Source of the DNA: Chloroflexota bacterium
GTDB lineage: Bacteria > Chloroflexota > Anaerolineae > DTLA01
Reading direction: 5' to 3'
DNA: 64,000 nucleotides
NCBI GenBank assembly: GCA_014874485.1
Contig: JADBJK010000015.1
Coordinates: forward strand, 55,955 to 119,954
Translations under genes and position numbers: made by a program
Notes under the pieces: generated by a model
The model's input: the letters and a program-made list of their open reading frames with translations, nothing else
Database searches by the model: none
Told to the model about the DNA's origin: nothing
In this document: positions 17,359-27,329 of the stretch, one piece after another
How positions within the stretch are numbered: the stretch's first letter is position 1
Layout: each line of letters begins with the position of its first letter

Positions 17359-19210
17359 CGACTACGCCTCTTTGCGCGCCTGGGCCGAGGGCGAAGTGCA
17401 ACGCACCCGTCCGCCCGACCGAACCCGCATCCTCATCGGGCTGGGCACGTGCGGCATCGCCGCCGGCGGGCTGGACGTCCTGACAGCCCTGCGCGAGAAA
17501 CTGGCCGATATGCGCGTCCCTGCCGAGATCGTTCCCGTGGGCTGCATCGGCATGTGCTTTGAAGAGCCGCTGGTGGACATCGTAAGACCGGGCGAGCCTC
17601 GCATCTGCTACGCCAAGGTAACCCCCAAGAGCGTCCCGACCATTCTGGAAGAGCACCTACTCCACAACAACGTGCGCAAGGATTTGGCCTTCGCGGTCAT
17701 CGGCGACGAGCCTTACGACGGTATCCCATCGTGGAAGCAGTTGCCCTTCTTCGCCACCCAGCGACGAACGGTGCTGCGCAATTGCGGGTTCATTGACCCC
17801 GAATCGGTCGCCGAGTACATCGTCCACGATGGGTACGCCGCCCTGGCGAAGGCACTGTTTGAGATGACGCCCGAGTCCGTGATTGAGGAAGTGAAGCGGT
17901 CGGGGTTGCGCGGCAGGGGCGGCGCGGGGTTCCCAACGGGCATGAAGTGGGAATTCTGCCGAAAGTCCCCTGGCGACCACAAGTACATCATCTGCAACGC
18001 GGACGAGGGCGACCCTGGTGCCTTCATGAACCGTAGCGTCCTGGAGGGCGACCCCCACAGCGTGCTGGAGGGACTGCTCATCGCCGCCTACGCCATCGGT
18101 GCCGACCACGGCTACATCTACTGCCGCGCCGAGTATCCCCTGGCCATCGTGCGGCTGCGCAAGGCGCTGGAGCAGGCGCGGGCGCTGGGACTCCTGGGCG
18201 AGCACATCTTCGGCACCGACTTCAGTTTTGACGTAACCATCAAGGAGGGCGCGGGCGCGTTCGTCTGCGGCGAGGAGACCGCGCTCATGGCGTCCATAGA
18301 GGGCAAGCGCGGGATGCCCCGACCCCGCCCGCCGTTCCCCGCGCAGAAGGGCCTCTGGGGCCAGCCCACCAACATCAACAACGTGGAGACGCTGAACAAC
18401 ATCCCGCCCATCATCCTCAACGGCGCTGATTGGTTCGCTGCCGTGGGCACCGAGAAGAGCAAGGGCACCAAGACCTTCGCCCTGACAGGTAAAATCGCAA
18501 ACTCGGGACTGATAGAAGTCCCGCTCGGTATGCCGCTGCGCGAGATTATCTTTGAAATCGGCGGCGGCATCCCCAAAGGCAAGAAGTTCAAGGCCGCGCA
18601 GACAGGTGGTCCCTCAGGTGGGTGTATTCCGAGTTCCATGTTGGACATCCCGGTGGACTATGAGTCGCTAACCGCGGCCGGTTCCATCATGGGCTCCGGC
18701 GGGCTCGTCGTCATGGACGAGGACAACTGCATGGTTGACGTCGCGCGGTTCTTCCTCTCCTTCACCCAGAGCGAATCGTGCGGCAAATGCATTCCCTGCC
18801 GACTGGGCACCAAGCGCATGCTGGAGATACTAGAACGCATCACCCGAGGTGAGGGTCAGGAAGGCGACATAGAGTTGCTGCTGGAACTGTGCGAGACGGT
18901 GAAACTCGGGTCGCTGTGCGGGCTGGGCCAGACGGCTCCCAACCCCGTGTTGACCACCATCCGCTACTTCCGCGACGAGTACGAGGCCCATATCAAAGAG
19001 CACCGCTGCCCGGCCAAGGTGTGCAAGGCGCTCATCACCTACCGCATCTCCGAGGAGAAGTGCACCGGCTGCACCCTGTGCGCTCGCAACTGCCCCGTGG
19101 GTGCCATCAGCGGCGAGCGAAAGAAGGTGCACGTGATTGACCCGGCCGTCTGCACGCGCTGCGACACCTGTCGCCAGGTGTGCAACTTTGACGCGGTCCT
19201 CGTGGAATAG
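17351..19210 (+). CDS. fdsB: NAD-dependent formate dehydrogenase beta subunit (NuoF-like, FMN/NAD-binding, N-terminal 2Fe-2S and C-terminal 2x[4Fe-4S])
   Basis: The 619-aa product has the motifs GRGGAGFPTGMKWEF, CGKCIPCR and C-terminal CTGCTLCARNCP...CTRCDTCRQVC. Confidence 0.8.
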   Translation: MYSDYASLRAWAEGEVQRTRPPDRTRILIGLGTCGIAAGGLDVLTALREKLADMRVPAEIVPVGCIGMCFEEPLVDIVRPGEPRICYAKVTPKSVPTILEEHLLHNNVRKDLAFAVIGDEPYDGIPSWKQLPFFATQRRTVLRNCGFIDPESVAEYIVHDGYAALAKALFEMTPESVIEEVKRSGLRGRGGAGFPTGMKWEFCRKSPGDHKYIICNADEGDPGAFMNRSVLEGDPHSVLEGLLIAAYAIGADHGYIYCRAEYPLAIVRLRKALEQARALGLLGEHIFGTDFSFDVTIKEGAGAFVCGEETALMASIEGKRGMPRPRPPFPAQKGLWGQPTNINNVETLNNIPPIILNGADWFAAVGTEKSKGTKTFALTGKIANSGLIEVPLGMPLREIIFEIGGGIPKGKKFKAAQTGGPSGGCIPSSMLDIPVDYESLTAAGSIMGSGGLVVMDEDNCMVDVARFFLSFTQSESCGKCIPCRLGTKRMLEILERITRGEGQEGDIELLLELCETVKLGSLCGLGQTAPNPVLTTIRYFRDEYEAHIKEHRCPAKVCKALITYRISEEKCTGCTLCARNCPVGAISGERKKVHVIDPAVCTRCDTCRQVCNFDAVLVE

Positions 19211-19241
19211 CCACGGTTCTCGGATGGAAGGAGACGCAGAC

Positions 19242-21953
19242 ATGACCATTACGCTGACCATAGACGGCAAGACGGTGAGTGTGAAAGAGGGGGCCACGGT
19301 CCTGGATGCCGCCAAGGAAGCGGGCGTGTACATCCCCACCCTGTGCGCCGATGAGGACCTGCTGCCCTTTGGCGCGTGCCGCCTGTGCCTGGTAGAGGTG
19401 CAAGGCGACCGCAGGCCCATGCTCCCCTCGTGCACCACGCCTGCCACCGACGGGATGGTGGTGCGCACCTCCAGCCCGATTATTGACAAGACGCGGCGCA
19501 ACGTCGTGGAACTCTTGCTGTCCGACCACCCGGAGGACTGCTTGACCTGCCCGCAGAACAACCGCTGCGAACTCCAGCGCGTGGCGGCCTACGTGGGCGT
19601 CCGCACCAACCGCTTCCGCGGCGAGAAGCACGCCTACCCGATTGACGATTCCAACCCGTTCTACCGCCGCGATTTGGACCGCTGCATCCTGTGCGGCAAG
19701 TGCGTGCGCACCTGCGACGAGATTCAGCAACTGGGCGCCATCAACTTCGCCTACCGCGGCTTCCGCACCAAGATCGCGACCGTGCTGGACCGGCCGGTGG
19801 CGACTTCCACCTGCGAGTCGTGTGGGCAGTGCGTGGACAAGTGCCCGGTGGGCGCGCTGTACCCGGAGGCATGGCTACGGTACGGCCTGCCCGCCGCCGA
19901 GACGAAGACCATCTGCGCCTATTGCGGCGTGGGGTGTGGCCTGATCCTCCAGACGCGCGGCAACACGGTGGTGGGCGTCCGCGGCGACCCCGACAACCCC
20001 GTGAACCACGGCCGCACCTGCGTCAAGGGGCGGTTCGGATACGAGTTCATCAACCACCCAGACCGCCTGAAGAAGCCGCTCATCAAGAAAGACGGGGCCT
20101 TCGTGGAGGCCACCTGGGACGAGGCGCTTGACCTCGTGGCCCAGCGGCTGGCGTCGGTGGTGCGCGAACACGGCCCCGACGCGGTGGCACTGCTCACATC
20201 CGCAAAGTGCACCAACGAGGAGAACTACCTGCTCCAGAAATACGCAAGGGGGGTGCTGGGGACGCACAATGTGGACCATTGTGCGCGTCTCTGACACAGC
20301 AGCACCGTGACCGGTCTGGTCACAGCATTCGGCTCCGGGGCCATGACGAACTCCATTGAGGACATGAAGGAGGCCAAAGCCTTCCTCATCATCGGCTCCA
20401 ATACCACCGAGCAGCACCCCATCATCGGGCTAAACATCCGCAAGGCAGTGCGCGAGGGCGCGCGGCTCATCGTAGTGGACCCGCGCAGCACAGACCTGGC
20501 GAGGCGCGCCGACATCCACCTGTCCATTGATCCGGGGGGCAACATCGCCCTGCTCAACGGCCTGGCGCACATCATCCTGAAAGAGGGCTGGGAAGACAAG
20601 GAGTTCATCGCCTCCCGCACCGAGGGGTTTGACGAGTGGCGGGCGGTGGTGGAGAAATACACGCCCGAACGGGTCAGCGAGATCACCGGCGTTCCGGTGG
20701 AGCGCCTGTACGAGGCGGCGCGCCTGTACGCCACGACGAAGCCCGCCGCGCTGGTGTACGCCATGGGCGTAACCCAGCACACGTCGGGCCACCAGGGTGT
20801 GCAGGCGTGCGCCAACCTGCAAATGCTCACGGGGAACATGGGCATCCGTGGGGGTGGGGTCAACCCGTTGCGCGGCCAGAACAACGTGCAGGGCGCGTGC
20901 GACATGGGCTGCCTGCCCGACTTCTTCCCCGGCTACCAGCGCGTTGCCGACGACAAGGCCCGCGAGAAGTTCGCCCAGGCGTGGGGCGCTCGCTTCGGCG
21001 ACAAGCCCGGCCTCACCATCGTGGAGATGCTCAACGCCGCCGAGCAGGGGCGGCTCAAGGCGCTCTACGTTACCGGCGAGAACCCGGTCATGAGCGACCC
21101 CGACAGCCAGCATGTGGTCCACTGCCTGGAGAGCCTGGACTTCCTCGTGGTGCAGGACATCTTCCTCTCCGAGACGGCCCGCCTGGCCGACGTGGTGCTG
21201 CCCGCCGCGTCCTTCGCCGAGAAGGCCGGGACGTTCACCAACACCGAGCGGCGCGTCCAGTTGATTCGCCCCGCCATTGACCCGCCCGGCGAGGCGCGCC
21301 CCGATTGGGAGATCGTGGCCGACCTGGCCCGGCGCACGCTGAAGGCCCTCGGCCACACGCCCGACGGGCCATACGCTGGCTGGGATTACACATCCCCCGC
21401 CCAGATCATGGACGAAGCCGCGGCGCTGACGCCCATCTACGGGGGCATCCGCCACAGCCGCCTGGAGAACGGCGGAATCCAGTGGCCGTGCCCGTCTCCC
21501 GACCATCCGGGCACGCCCATCCTGCACGTCGGCAAGTTCTCGCGCGGTCTTGGAAAGTTCAATCCGGTGGAGTACATCCCACCCGCCGAGACGCCGGACG
21601 ACGCCTACCCGCTCATCCTCACGACCGGCCGCAGGCTGGAGCACTATCACACGGGCACCATGACGCGCCGCGTGGCCGGGCTGAACAAACTGGCCCCGGA
21701 GGAGCGCGTGGAGATCAACACAGAAGACGCGGCCCGCCTGGGCATCGCCGACGGCGACTGGGTCGTCGTGGAATCCAGGCGCGGCCGGGTGAAGGTGCGG
21801 GCGGCAGTGGGGCAGCGGTGCAAGCCGGGCGTGGTCTTCATGACGTTCCACTTCGCCGAGGCCCTGGGCAACGTGCTGACCCACACAGCGCTAGATCCCG
21901 TGTCCAAGATTCCGGAACTCAAAGTGGCCGCCGTTCGCGTGCTGCGGGCATAG
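19242..21953 (+). CDS. fdhA: Formate dehydrogenase alpha subunit, selenocysteine-containing (in-frame TGA at 20292..20294); molybdopterin/tungstopterin enzyme with an N-terminal NuoG-like Fe-S domain
   Basis: Track ORFs 19137..20294 and 20307..21953 are in the same frame and separated only by TGA. The flanking sequence VDHCARL-U-HSSTVTGL aligns residue-for-residue with E. coli FdhF VDHQARV-U-HGPSVAGL. The downstream region matches FdhF closely (RTEGFDEW, GVNPLRGQNNVQGACDMG). The RBS GGAAGGAG lies before ATG 19242. Confidence 0.85.
20307..20323 (+). other. SECIS-like hairpin 12 nt downstream of the fdhA UGA (GTGACC-GGTCT-GGTCAC)
   Basis: A perfect 6-bp stem with a GGUCU apical loop resembles the GGUC loop of the E. 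coli fdhF SECIS. Its position relative to the UGA is canonical. Confidence 0.5.
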
Positions 21954-21995
21954 CCCCAACCGGCCAAACCGAAGATTCATGTAACGTACCTGCAC

Positions 21996-22031
21996 GGAGC
22001 GCCGCACAAGTCGCGACGCTCCGTTTCTTTT
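21996..22031 (+). terminator. Putative intrinsic terminator after fdhA
   Basis: A GGAGCG...CGCTCC stem is followed by GTTTCTTTT. Confidence 0.4.
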
Positions 22032-22060
22032 CGCGCGCCTTCCACGCCGCGCATCCTCGC

Positions 22061-22088
22061 TTGACATGCGGGGTTTTTGCGGTAAGAT
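22061..22088 (+). promoter_or_regulatory. Sigma70-like promoter (TTGACA-N16-TAAGAT) upstream of proC
   Basis: A consensus -35 and a 4/6 -10 are followed by a ~220-nt GC-rich leader. Confidence 0.4.
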
Positions 22089-22312
22089 ACACGCCAGCGA
22101 GGGTTTCGCCATGAGGGACATCCGCGCAACTTCCTGCGGGTGCGAGCCGCGCACCCCTATCCCTCCCAGGCCCCTGGGCATCGCTCAGGGGCATCGGCGC
22201 GTGGGGAGGTAGCGCGGCGGAATCCGCTCGCGAATCAACGTAGCATTCGCACGAAACGAGCCTCCCGTATGGGAGGCGTTTTGTTAGGCTCACAGAGAGG
22301 GATAACGTCAAC

Positions 22313-23203
22313 ATGGAAGAGAGTTTGCAACAGAAGCGGCTGGCGTTCATCGGCAGCGGCACCATGGCGGAGGCCATGATTCAGGGCATCCTGCGGTGCG
22401 GCGTTGCGGCGGCGGAGAACATCTGGGCCAGCGGCCCGCGCAAGGAGCGCGCCGCCGAGTTGACCGAGAAGTACGGCATCCACGGCACGACGGACAACCG
22501 CGAGGCCGCTCGCAAGGCCGACGTCGTCGTCCTGTCGGTGAAACCGCAGCGGCTGCGCATGGTGCTGCACGAACTGCGGGGCACCGTCCGCCCCGAGCAA
22601 CTCGTCATGTCCATCGTGGCGGGCGCGAAGATTTCCTACATCGCGCAGGTGCTCGGCACGCCGTCCGTCATTCGGGTGATGCCCAATACCCCCGCGCAGA
22701 TCGGCGAGGGGATTTCGGTCTGGTTCGCCACGCCCCAGGTTACGCCCGAACAGCGCGAGGTGGGCCGCCGCATCCTCACGGCCCTGGGCGAAGAGATTGA
22801 GGTGGACGAGGAGCGGTTCCTGGACATGGCAACGGCGGTCAGCGGCACCGGCCCCACCTACGTGTTCCTCATCATGGAGGCGCTGGTGGATGCGGCGGTG
22901 CACCTGGGGTTCTCGCGGCGCATCGCCGAGGCCCTGGTTACCAAGACGGTGCTGGGTTCGGTGCTGTTCGCCCGCCAGTCCAACATGCACCTGGCGCAAC
23001 TGCGGAACATGGTTACCTCACCAGGCGGCACCAGCGCCGAAGCCATCTACCAACTGGACAAGGGAAGCATTCGCACGGTGCTGTCCAAGGCGGTCTGGGC
23101 GGCCTACCAGAAGTCCAAACTGCTGGGCGAGACCCTGTCCCAAGACGACGAATTGGACAAGCGGCCCAACGGCAGCCCGCCGTCGGAGAAGTTGGAAACG
23201 TAG
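22313..23203 (+). CDS. proC: Pyrroline-5-carboxylate reductase
   Basis: The product has an N-terminal Rossmann motif (LAFIGSGTMAEAMI) and a ProC C-terminal dimerisation domain (GGTSAEAI). Confidence 0.85.
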   Translation: MEESLQQKRLAFIGSGTMAEAMIQGILRCGVAAAENIWASGPRKERAAELTEKYGIHGTTDNREAARKADVVVLSVKPQRLRMVLHELRGTVRPEQLVMSIVAGAKISYIAQVLGTPSVIRVMPNTPAQIGEGISVWFATPQVTPEQREVGRRILTALGEEIEVDEERFLDMATAVSGTGPTYVFLIMEALVDAAVHLGFSRRIAEALVTKTVLGSVLFARQSNMHLAQLRNMVTSPGGTSAEAIYQLDKGSIRTVLSKAVWAAYQKSKLLGETLSQDDELDKRPNGSPPSEKLET

Positions 23204-23214
23204 GGAGGGGGCAC

Positions 23215-23625
23215 GTGGCGGTTCGGTACAGGGTTCTGCCGGGCGGGCGCAGGCCCGTGAAGAGCGGCGCAGCCTATGACCTGTTCGCGCGGCTGGACGC
23301 ACCCCTCACGCTGAGCGGCCCCACGCTCGTGCCCCTGGGCATCGCGTTGGAACTGCCCCAGGGTTACGGGGCCATCGTCAAGGCCCGGTCCAGCGCCCCG
23401 CTCCGCCACGGGTACGAAGCGCACGTCGGCTTGATTGACCCCGAGTTCAACGGGCGCGAAGTGTGTACCATCCTGGAGCCGCTCCCCGGCGCGGGGTCGG
23501 TTACCATCCAGCCCGGCGACCGCGTGGCCCAGATGTGGGTGCAGCGCATGGACGTGGAACTGGTGGAGACGGACGAGGACATCCCGCCGGGCCCCAAGGA
23601 AGGCTTCGGGAGCACCGGGAAGTAG
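23215..23625 (+). CDS. dut: dUTP diphosphatase
   Basis: It has a GTG start and dUTPase motifs (AAYDL, KARSS, GLIDPEFNGRE), and is 136 aa long. Confidence 0.7.
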   Translation: MAVRYRVLPGGRRPVKSGAAYDLFARLDAPLTLSGPTLVPLGIALELPQGYGAIVKARSSAPLRHGYEAHVGLIDPEFNGREVCTILEPLPGAGSVTIQPGDRVAQMWVQRMDVELVETDEDIPPGPKEGFGSTGK

Positions 23626-23627
23626 GG

Positions 23628-24437
23628 ATGGCGGCTGCGATGCGCTGGGCGGGAATCTGCTTTGCCTATGTGGGCGCCATGGCGGGGCTGGCGGCGCTGG
23701 CCGGCCCTCGCCCCGACCTCGCGTACAGCCTCGCCCTCGTCCTGCCCGTCCCGCTCCTGTACGCCCTGTTCCGAAGCCGCACGCCGCCGACCGCACCCGC
23801 GCCGTGGTGGGCAGGCCTTGCGCTGTGGGCCTTCGTCGTGCTGTCGCGGGCAGGGGCGGCGGCGCTGGTGGCGGCTGGCCACGTCCCCTTTCGGGCACAC
23901 GGGTCCCTTTCCCTCGCGGCCACCGGCAGCCTGTTCCCCCTCGTGGCGCTGGCCATCCTGCTGGGCGAGCGGTCGGGCGGCGCTGCGTTCGGGTTCACGC
24001 CGCGGGGCGCGTTGCGGCAGATTCTGCTGGGCGCGGGGTTGGCGCTGGTGTTGCAGGCGGTCATGCGCGCGCCCGCCTGGGCGACAGGCGGGTTGCACGT
24101 GGGCGCGGGCGGCTTCGCGGCGCTGGCGCAGAGTTTTCCCGCTGAACTGATGACCATCGCCCTGGGCGAGGAGAGCCTGTTCCGCGGGTACATGCAGGTA
24201 ACCCTGCAGCGGCGCTATCCGTGGTGGTTTGCGACGTTTCTCATCTCCGTGCTCTTCGGCCTGTGGCATCTCCCCGCCGGGCTCTTCGCACCCAGCCTGC
24301 TGACCCTGTTCGGTGTGGTGGGCTTCCCCTTCGCGTTCGGGCTGCTGGCCGGGGTCATGTTCCACCTCACGGGGTCCATCCTGGGGCCGGTAGTGGCCCA
24401 CGCGCTCTACAACGCCGTGAACGCCATGTTCGCGTAA
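23628..24437 (+). CDS. CPBP-family intramembrane metalloprotease (CAAX protease/Abi)
   Basis: It is polytopic with the motifs GEESLFRGY (EExxxR), LFGLWH (FxxxH) and HALYNAV (HxxxN). The start was chosen at the ATG just after the dut stop. Confidence 0.7.
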   Translation: MAAAMRWAGICFAYVGAMAGLAALAGPRPDLAYSLALVLPVPLLYALFRSRTPPTAPAPWWAGLALWAFVVLSRAGAAALVAAGHVPFRAHGSLSLAATGSLFPLVALAILLGERSGGAAFGFTPRGALRQILLGAGLALVLQAVMRAPAWATGGLHVGAGGFAALAQSFPAELMTIALGEESLFRGYMQVTLQRRYPWWFATFLISVLFGLWHLPAGLFAPSLLTLFGVVGFPFAFGLLAGVMFHLTGSILGPVVAHALYNAVNAMFA

Positions 24438-24667
24438 CTGCCGAGTTCGGTTCCGGGGTTTGTTGGAGACGGCCAGAAGCGGGGTGTTCCGCGCGTGGAG
24501 CAGGTTTCCAAACCTGCCCCCGCCTCTGAATTGACAGCATGTCGCCCACGCGTATAATAGGCCCAGAGTCGTCTCTGTGCATATCACGGTGCGCTTTCGG
24601 CCTGGGGCAGAAAGCGCGCCTTGACTTTGCAGGGACGGCATTTCAGCGTTTTGCGAGGGAGCAGACG

Positions 24668-25225
24668 ATGATTTCGGTAACCGAACTGCGCAAAGGCGTA
24701 ACCTTTGAAATGGACGGCGAACTGTACCGCGTGCTGGACTATCAGCACCACAAGCCGGGGCGCGGCAACGCGGTCATCCGCACACGCCTGCGCAACCTGC
24801 GCTCGGGCGCGACCATTGACCGCACCTTCCAGTCGGGCGACCGCGTGCAGGACGTGCGGCTGGACCACCGCACCGTTCAGTATCTGTACAACGACGGCGA
24901 GTTCTACCACTTCATGGACGTGGAGACCTACGAGCAGCCCATCCTCAGCGCCGACGTGCTGGGCGACGCCGCCAAGTACCTGGTGGACGGCCTGACCGTT
25001 GAACTCATCTCCTACGGCAGCGAGCCGATTGAGGTGGAACTGCCGGTAACCGTGGACATGCGCGTTACCGAGACCGAGGCTGCCATCAAGGGCGACACGG
25101 CCACCGGCGCGACCAAAGACGCCGTTACCGAGACCGGCCTGGTGGTCAAGGTGCCGCTGTTCGTGGCCGAGGGCGACGTGATCCGCGTGGACACGCGAAC
25201 GGGCGAGTACCTGACCCGCGTGTAG
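24668..25225 (+). CDS. efp: Translation elongation factor P
   Basis: It contains the KPGRGNA loop and has the EF-P length and domain order of 185 aa. Confidence 0.9.
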   Translation: MISVTELRKGVTFEMDGELYRVLDYQHHKPGRGNAVIRTRLRNLRSGATIDRTFQSGDRVQDVRLDHRTVQYLYNDGEFYHFMDVETYEQPILSADVLGDAAKYLVDGLTVELISYGSEPIEVELPVTVDMRVTETEAAIKGDTATGATKDAVTETGLVVKVPLFVAEGDVIRVDTRTGEYLTRV

Positions 25226-25311
25226 GCGGCGCAGAACGGCGCATTTGGCGCGGGCCCGGCCTGCGCGAATCGGCAGGGCGCAAGGGACAGTGCGAGGCGG
25301 CCCCTCGCGAT

Positions 25312-25340
25312 TTGACTGTCCCTCTTCCTGTGGCTATAAT
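25312..25340 (+). promoter_or_regulatory. Promoter TTGACT-N17-TATAAT overlapped by inverted repeat GGGACAGT...ACTGTCCC (25284..25322), a candidate GntR operator
   Basis: The hexamers have 17-nt spacing. An 8-bp inverted repeat with GT...AC character spans the -35. Confidence 0.45.
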
Positions 25341-25370
25341 ATGTCAGACATCAGACAAAGGGGTGTGTGG

Positions 25371-26111
25371 ATGCGACTGAAATACGACTCCCGTCCCCTC
25401 TACCTCCAGGCCGAGGAGGCCCTCAGTCGCCTTATCCAAGATGGCACGTACCGCATCGGAGACCGCCTGCCGCCCGAGCCGGAACTGGCCCAGCGTCTGG
25501 GGATTTCGCGGGCCACGCTCCGCGAAGCCCTGCGCGCCTTTGAGGACAAGGGCCTTATCACCCGCCGTCGCGGGCTGGGGACCTTCATCACCGCGCCCGT
25601 TCCCCTCATAGACAGCGGCCTGGAGCAACTGGAGAGCCTGGACTCCCTGGCCCGCCGCATGGGCCTCGTCTGCACCACCGAGGATTTGGAAATCCGGGAG
25701 GAGCCGGCCGCGCAGGAAATCGCCTCGCGGCTCGGAATCGCGCCAGGCGACGCGGTCATCACCGTGGGCCGCACGAAAGTTACCAACGGCGTCATCGCCG
25801 CCTACATGTACGACGTGCTCCCCGCCTGGGTTACCGACATCGCCTCGCTCAAGGCGTCGTTCAAGGGGTCCGTCCTGGACTACCTGCTGGAGCGCGGTGT
25901 TCCTTTGAGTTTCGCCTGGACGAACATCATCGCGACGCGCGCGGACCCCGTTGTCGCCGCCAAGTTGCGCGTCAAGCCGAGCACTGTACTTCTGCTGTTG
26001 GAGGAGGTTACGTACACCCACGACAACCAGATTGCAGGCTACTCGCAGAACTACTTCTTGCCCAGCGTGTTCAAGTTCCACCTGATTCGCCGTATTGTCC
26101 CATCGCGTTAG
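25371..26111 (+). CDS. GntR-family transcriptional regulator with UTRA effector domain (HutC subfamily)
   Basis: It has an N-terminal wHTH (GDRLPPEPELAQRLGISRATLREALRAFEDKGLI) and a C-terminal UTRA-like domain. The 25371 ATG was chosen because the 25341 ATG abuts the -10 element. Confidence 0.75.
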   Translation: MRLKYDSRPLYLQAEEALSRLIQDGTYRIGDRLPPEPELAQRLGISRATLREALRAFEDKGLITRRRGLGTFITAPVPLIDSGLEQLESLDSLARRMGLVCTTEDLEIREEPAAQEIASRLGIAPGDAVITVGRTKVTNGVIAAYMYDVLPAWVTDIASLKASFKGSVLDYLLERGVPLSFAWTNIIATRADPVVAAKLRVKPSTVLLLLEEVTYTHDNQIAGYSQNYFLPSVFKFHLIRRIVPSR

Positions 26112-26143
26112 GACAAAAACAACTATTCTGAAAGGAGAGACGT

Positions 26144-27214
26144 ATGAAAACAGAGAGTTTCCGTGGCAAGGACTTCATCACCCTGTTGGACTGGACGCGG
26201 GAGGAAGTGGAGACCATCCTGGACGTGGCGCTGGACCTGAAGCGGCGCTACGCCATGCGCGAGCCCCACGACCACCTGCTCCGCGCACGCACCCTGTTCA
26301 TGATCTTCTACAACCAGAGCCTGCGCACCCGTAACTCGTTTGAGGCCGGCATGACCCAACTGGGCGGCCATGCCCACTACCTGGACCCGGGCAAGATTTA
26401 CACCCCGGCGCTCCCTGGCAAGGAGGTGGCCTACTCCACCGAGCGCGTCTCCGACGTGGCGCGTGTGCTGGCCCGCATGGGCGACGCCATCGCCATCCGC
26501 TGCTACGGCGACCCGGTGGACTGGGTGTACGGCGGCGCTAACGAACTGATCCGCAACTTCGCCTACTGGGCCGACATCCCCGTGCTCAACATGGAGGACG
26601 ACAAGTACCATCCGTTCCAGGCCCTGGCCGACATCCTCACGGTCAAGGAGAAGTTCGGCACGTTCAAGGGCGTCAACTTCGTCATGAGTTGGGCCTACTC
26701 GCCCAGCATCCACAAGCCCCGCGCCGTGCCCCAGAGCGCCATCATCGCGGCGACCATGATGGGCATGAACGTTACCCTCGCGCACCCCGAGGGCATGGAA
26801 CTGGACCCCGAAGTGCTGGCGGCGTGCGAGGCCAACGCGCGGCACAACGGCGGCTCGTTCAAGATCAGCCACGACATGCGCGAGGCGTTCAAGGGCGCGC
26901 ACGTGGTGTATCCCAAGGCCTGGTGCGCGACGCCCATCTTCAAGCCCCCGGTAGGCGAGGACGACCCGAAGAAGACCCAGCAGATCTTTGACAGCCACAA
27001 GGACTGGATTTGCGACGCCGAGAAGATGCGCCTCACGGACCCGGAGAGCATCTACCTGCACTGCCTGCCCTGCGACCGCGGGTACGAGGTAACCGACGAG
27101 GTCATTGACAACACGACCCGCTCCAAAGAGCGCCCGTGGCTGTCGGCCGCCTACGACGAGGCGGAGAACCGCCTGCACGTCCAGAAGGCCGTCATGAGCC
27201 TGGTCATGAGTTAG
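26144..27214 (+). CDS. Carbamoyltransferase, OTC/ATC superfamily paralogue 1 (YgeW/knotted-type or catabolic OTC-like; substrate unknown)
   Basis: It has an SxRTR carbamoyl-phosphate motif (SLRTRNSFE), HPFQALADI and HCLPCDRG, with C-terminal insertions relative to canonical OTC. Confidence 0.7.
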   Translation: MKTESFRGKDFITLLDWTREEVETILDVALDLKRRYAMREPHDHLLRARTLFMIFYNQSLRTRNSFEAGMTQLGGHAHYLDPGKIYTPALPGKEVAYSTERVSDVARVLARMGDAIAIRCYGDPVDWVYGGANELIRNFAYWADIPVLNMEDDKYHPFQALADILTVKEKFGTFKGVNFVMSWAYSPSIHKPRAVPQSAIIAATMMGMNVTLAHPEGMELDPEVLAACEANARHNGGSFKISHDMREAFKGAHVVYPKAWCATPIFKPPVGEDDPKKTQQIFDSHKDWICDAEKMRLTDPESIYLHCLPCDRGYEVTDEVIDNTTRSKERPWLSAAYDEAENRLHVQKAVMSLVMS

Positions 27215-27329
27215 CCCACCGCGCGAGCGAGATTCCCTTCACCACAGAAAACCCGGCGACCGCAGGGCGAAGCGCAGACCTCCGCGATCTCCGCGGTCTC
27301 TGTGGTGAATCATTCGGAGGTACGAAAAG

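Noticed and set aside
25341-25370. Upstream ATG (25341) as the GntR start
   Set aside because: It directly abuts the predicted -10 hexamer (TATAAT-ATG) and would require a leaderless transcript beginning inside the promoter. The 25371 ATG has an A/G-rich spacer upstream.
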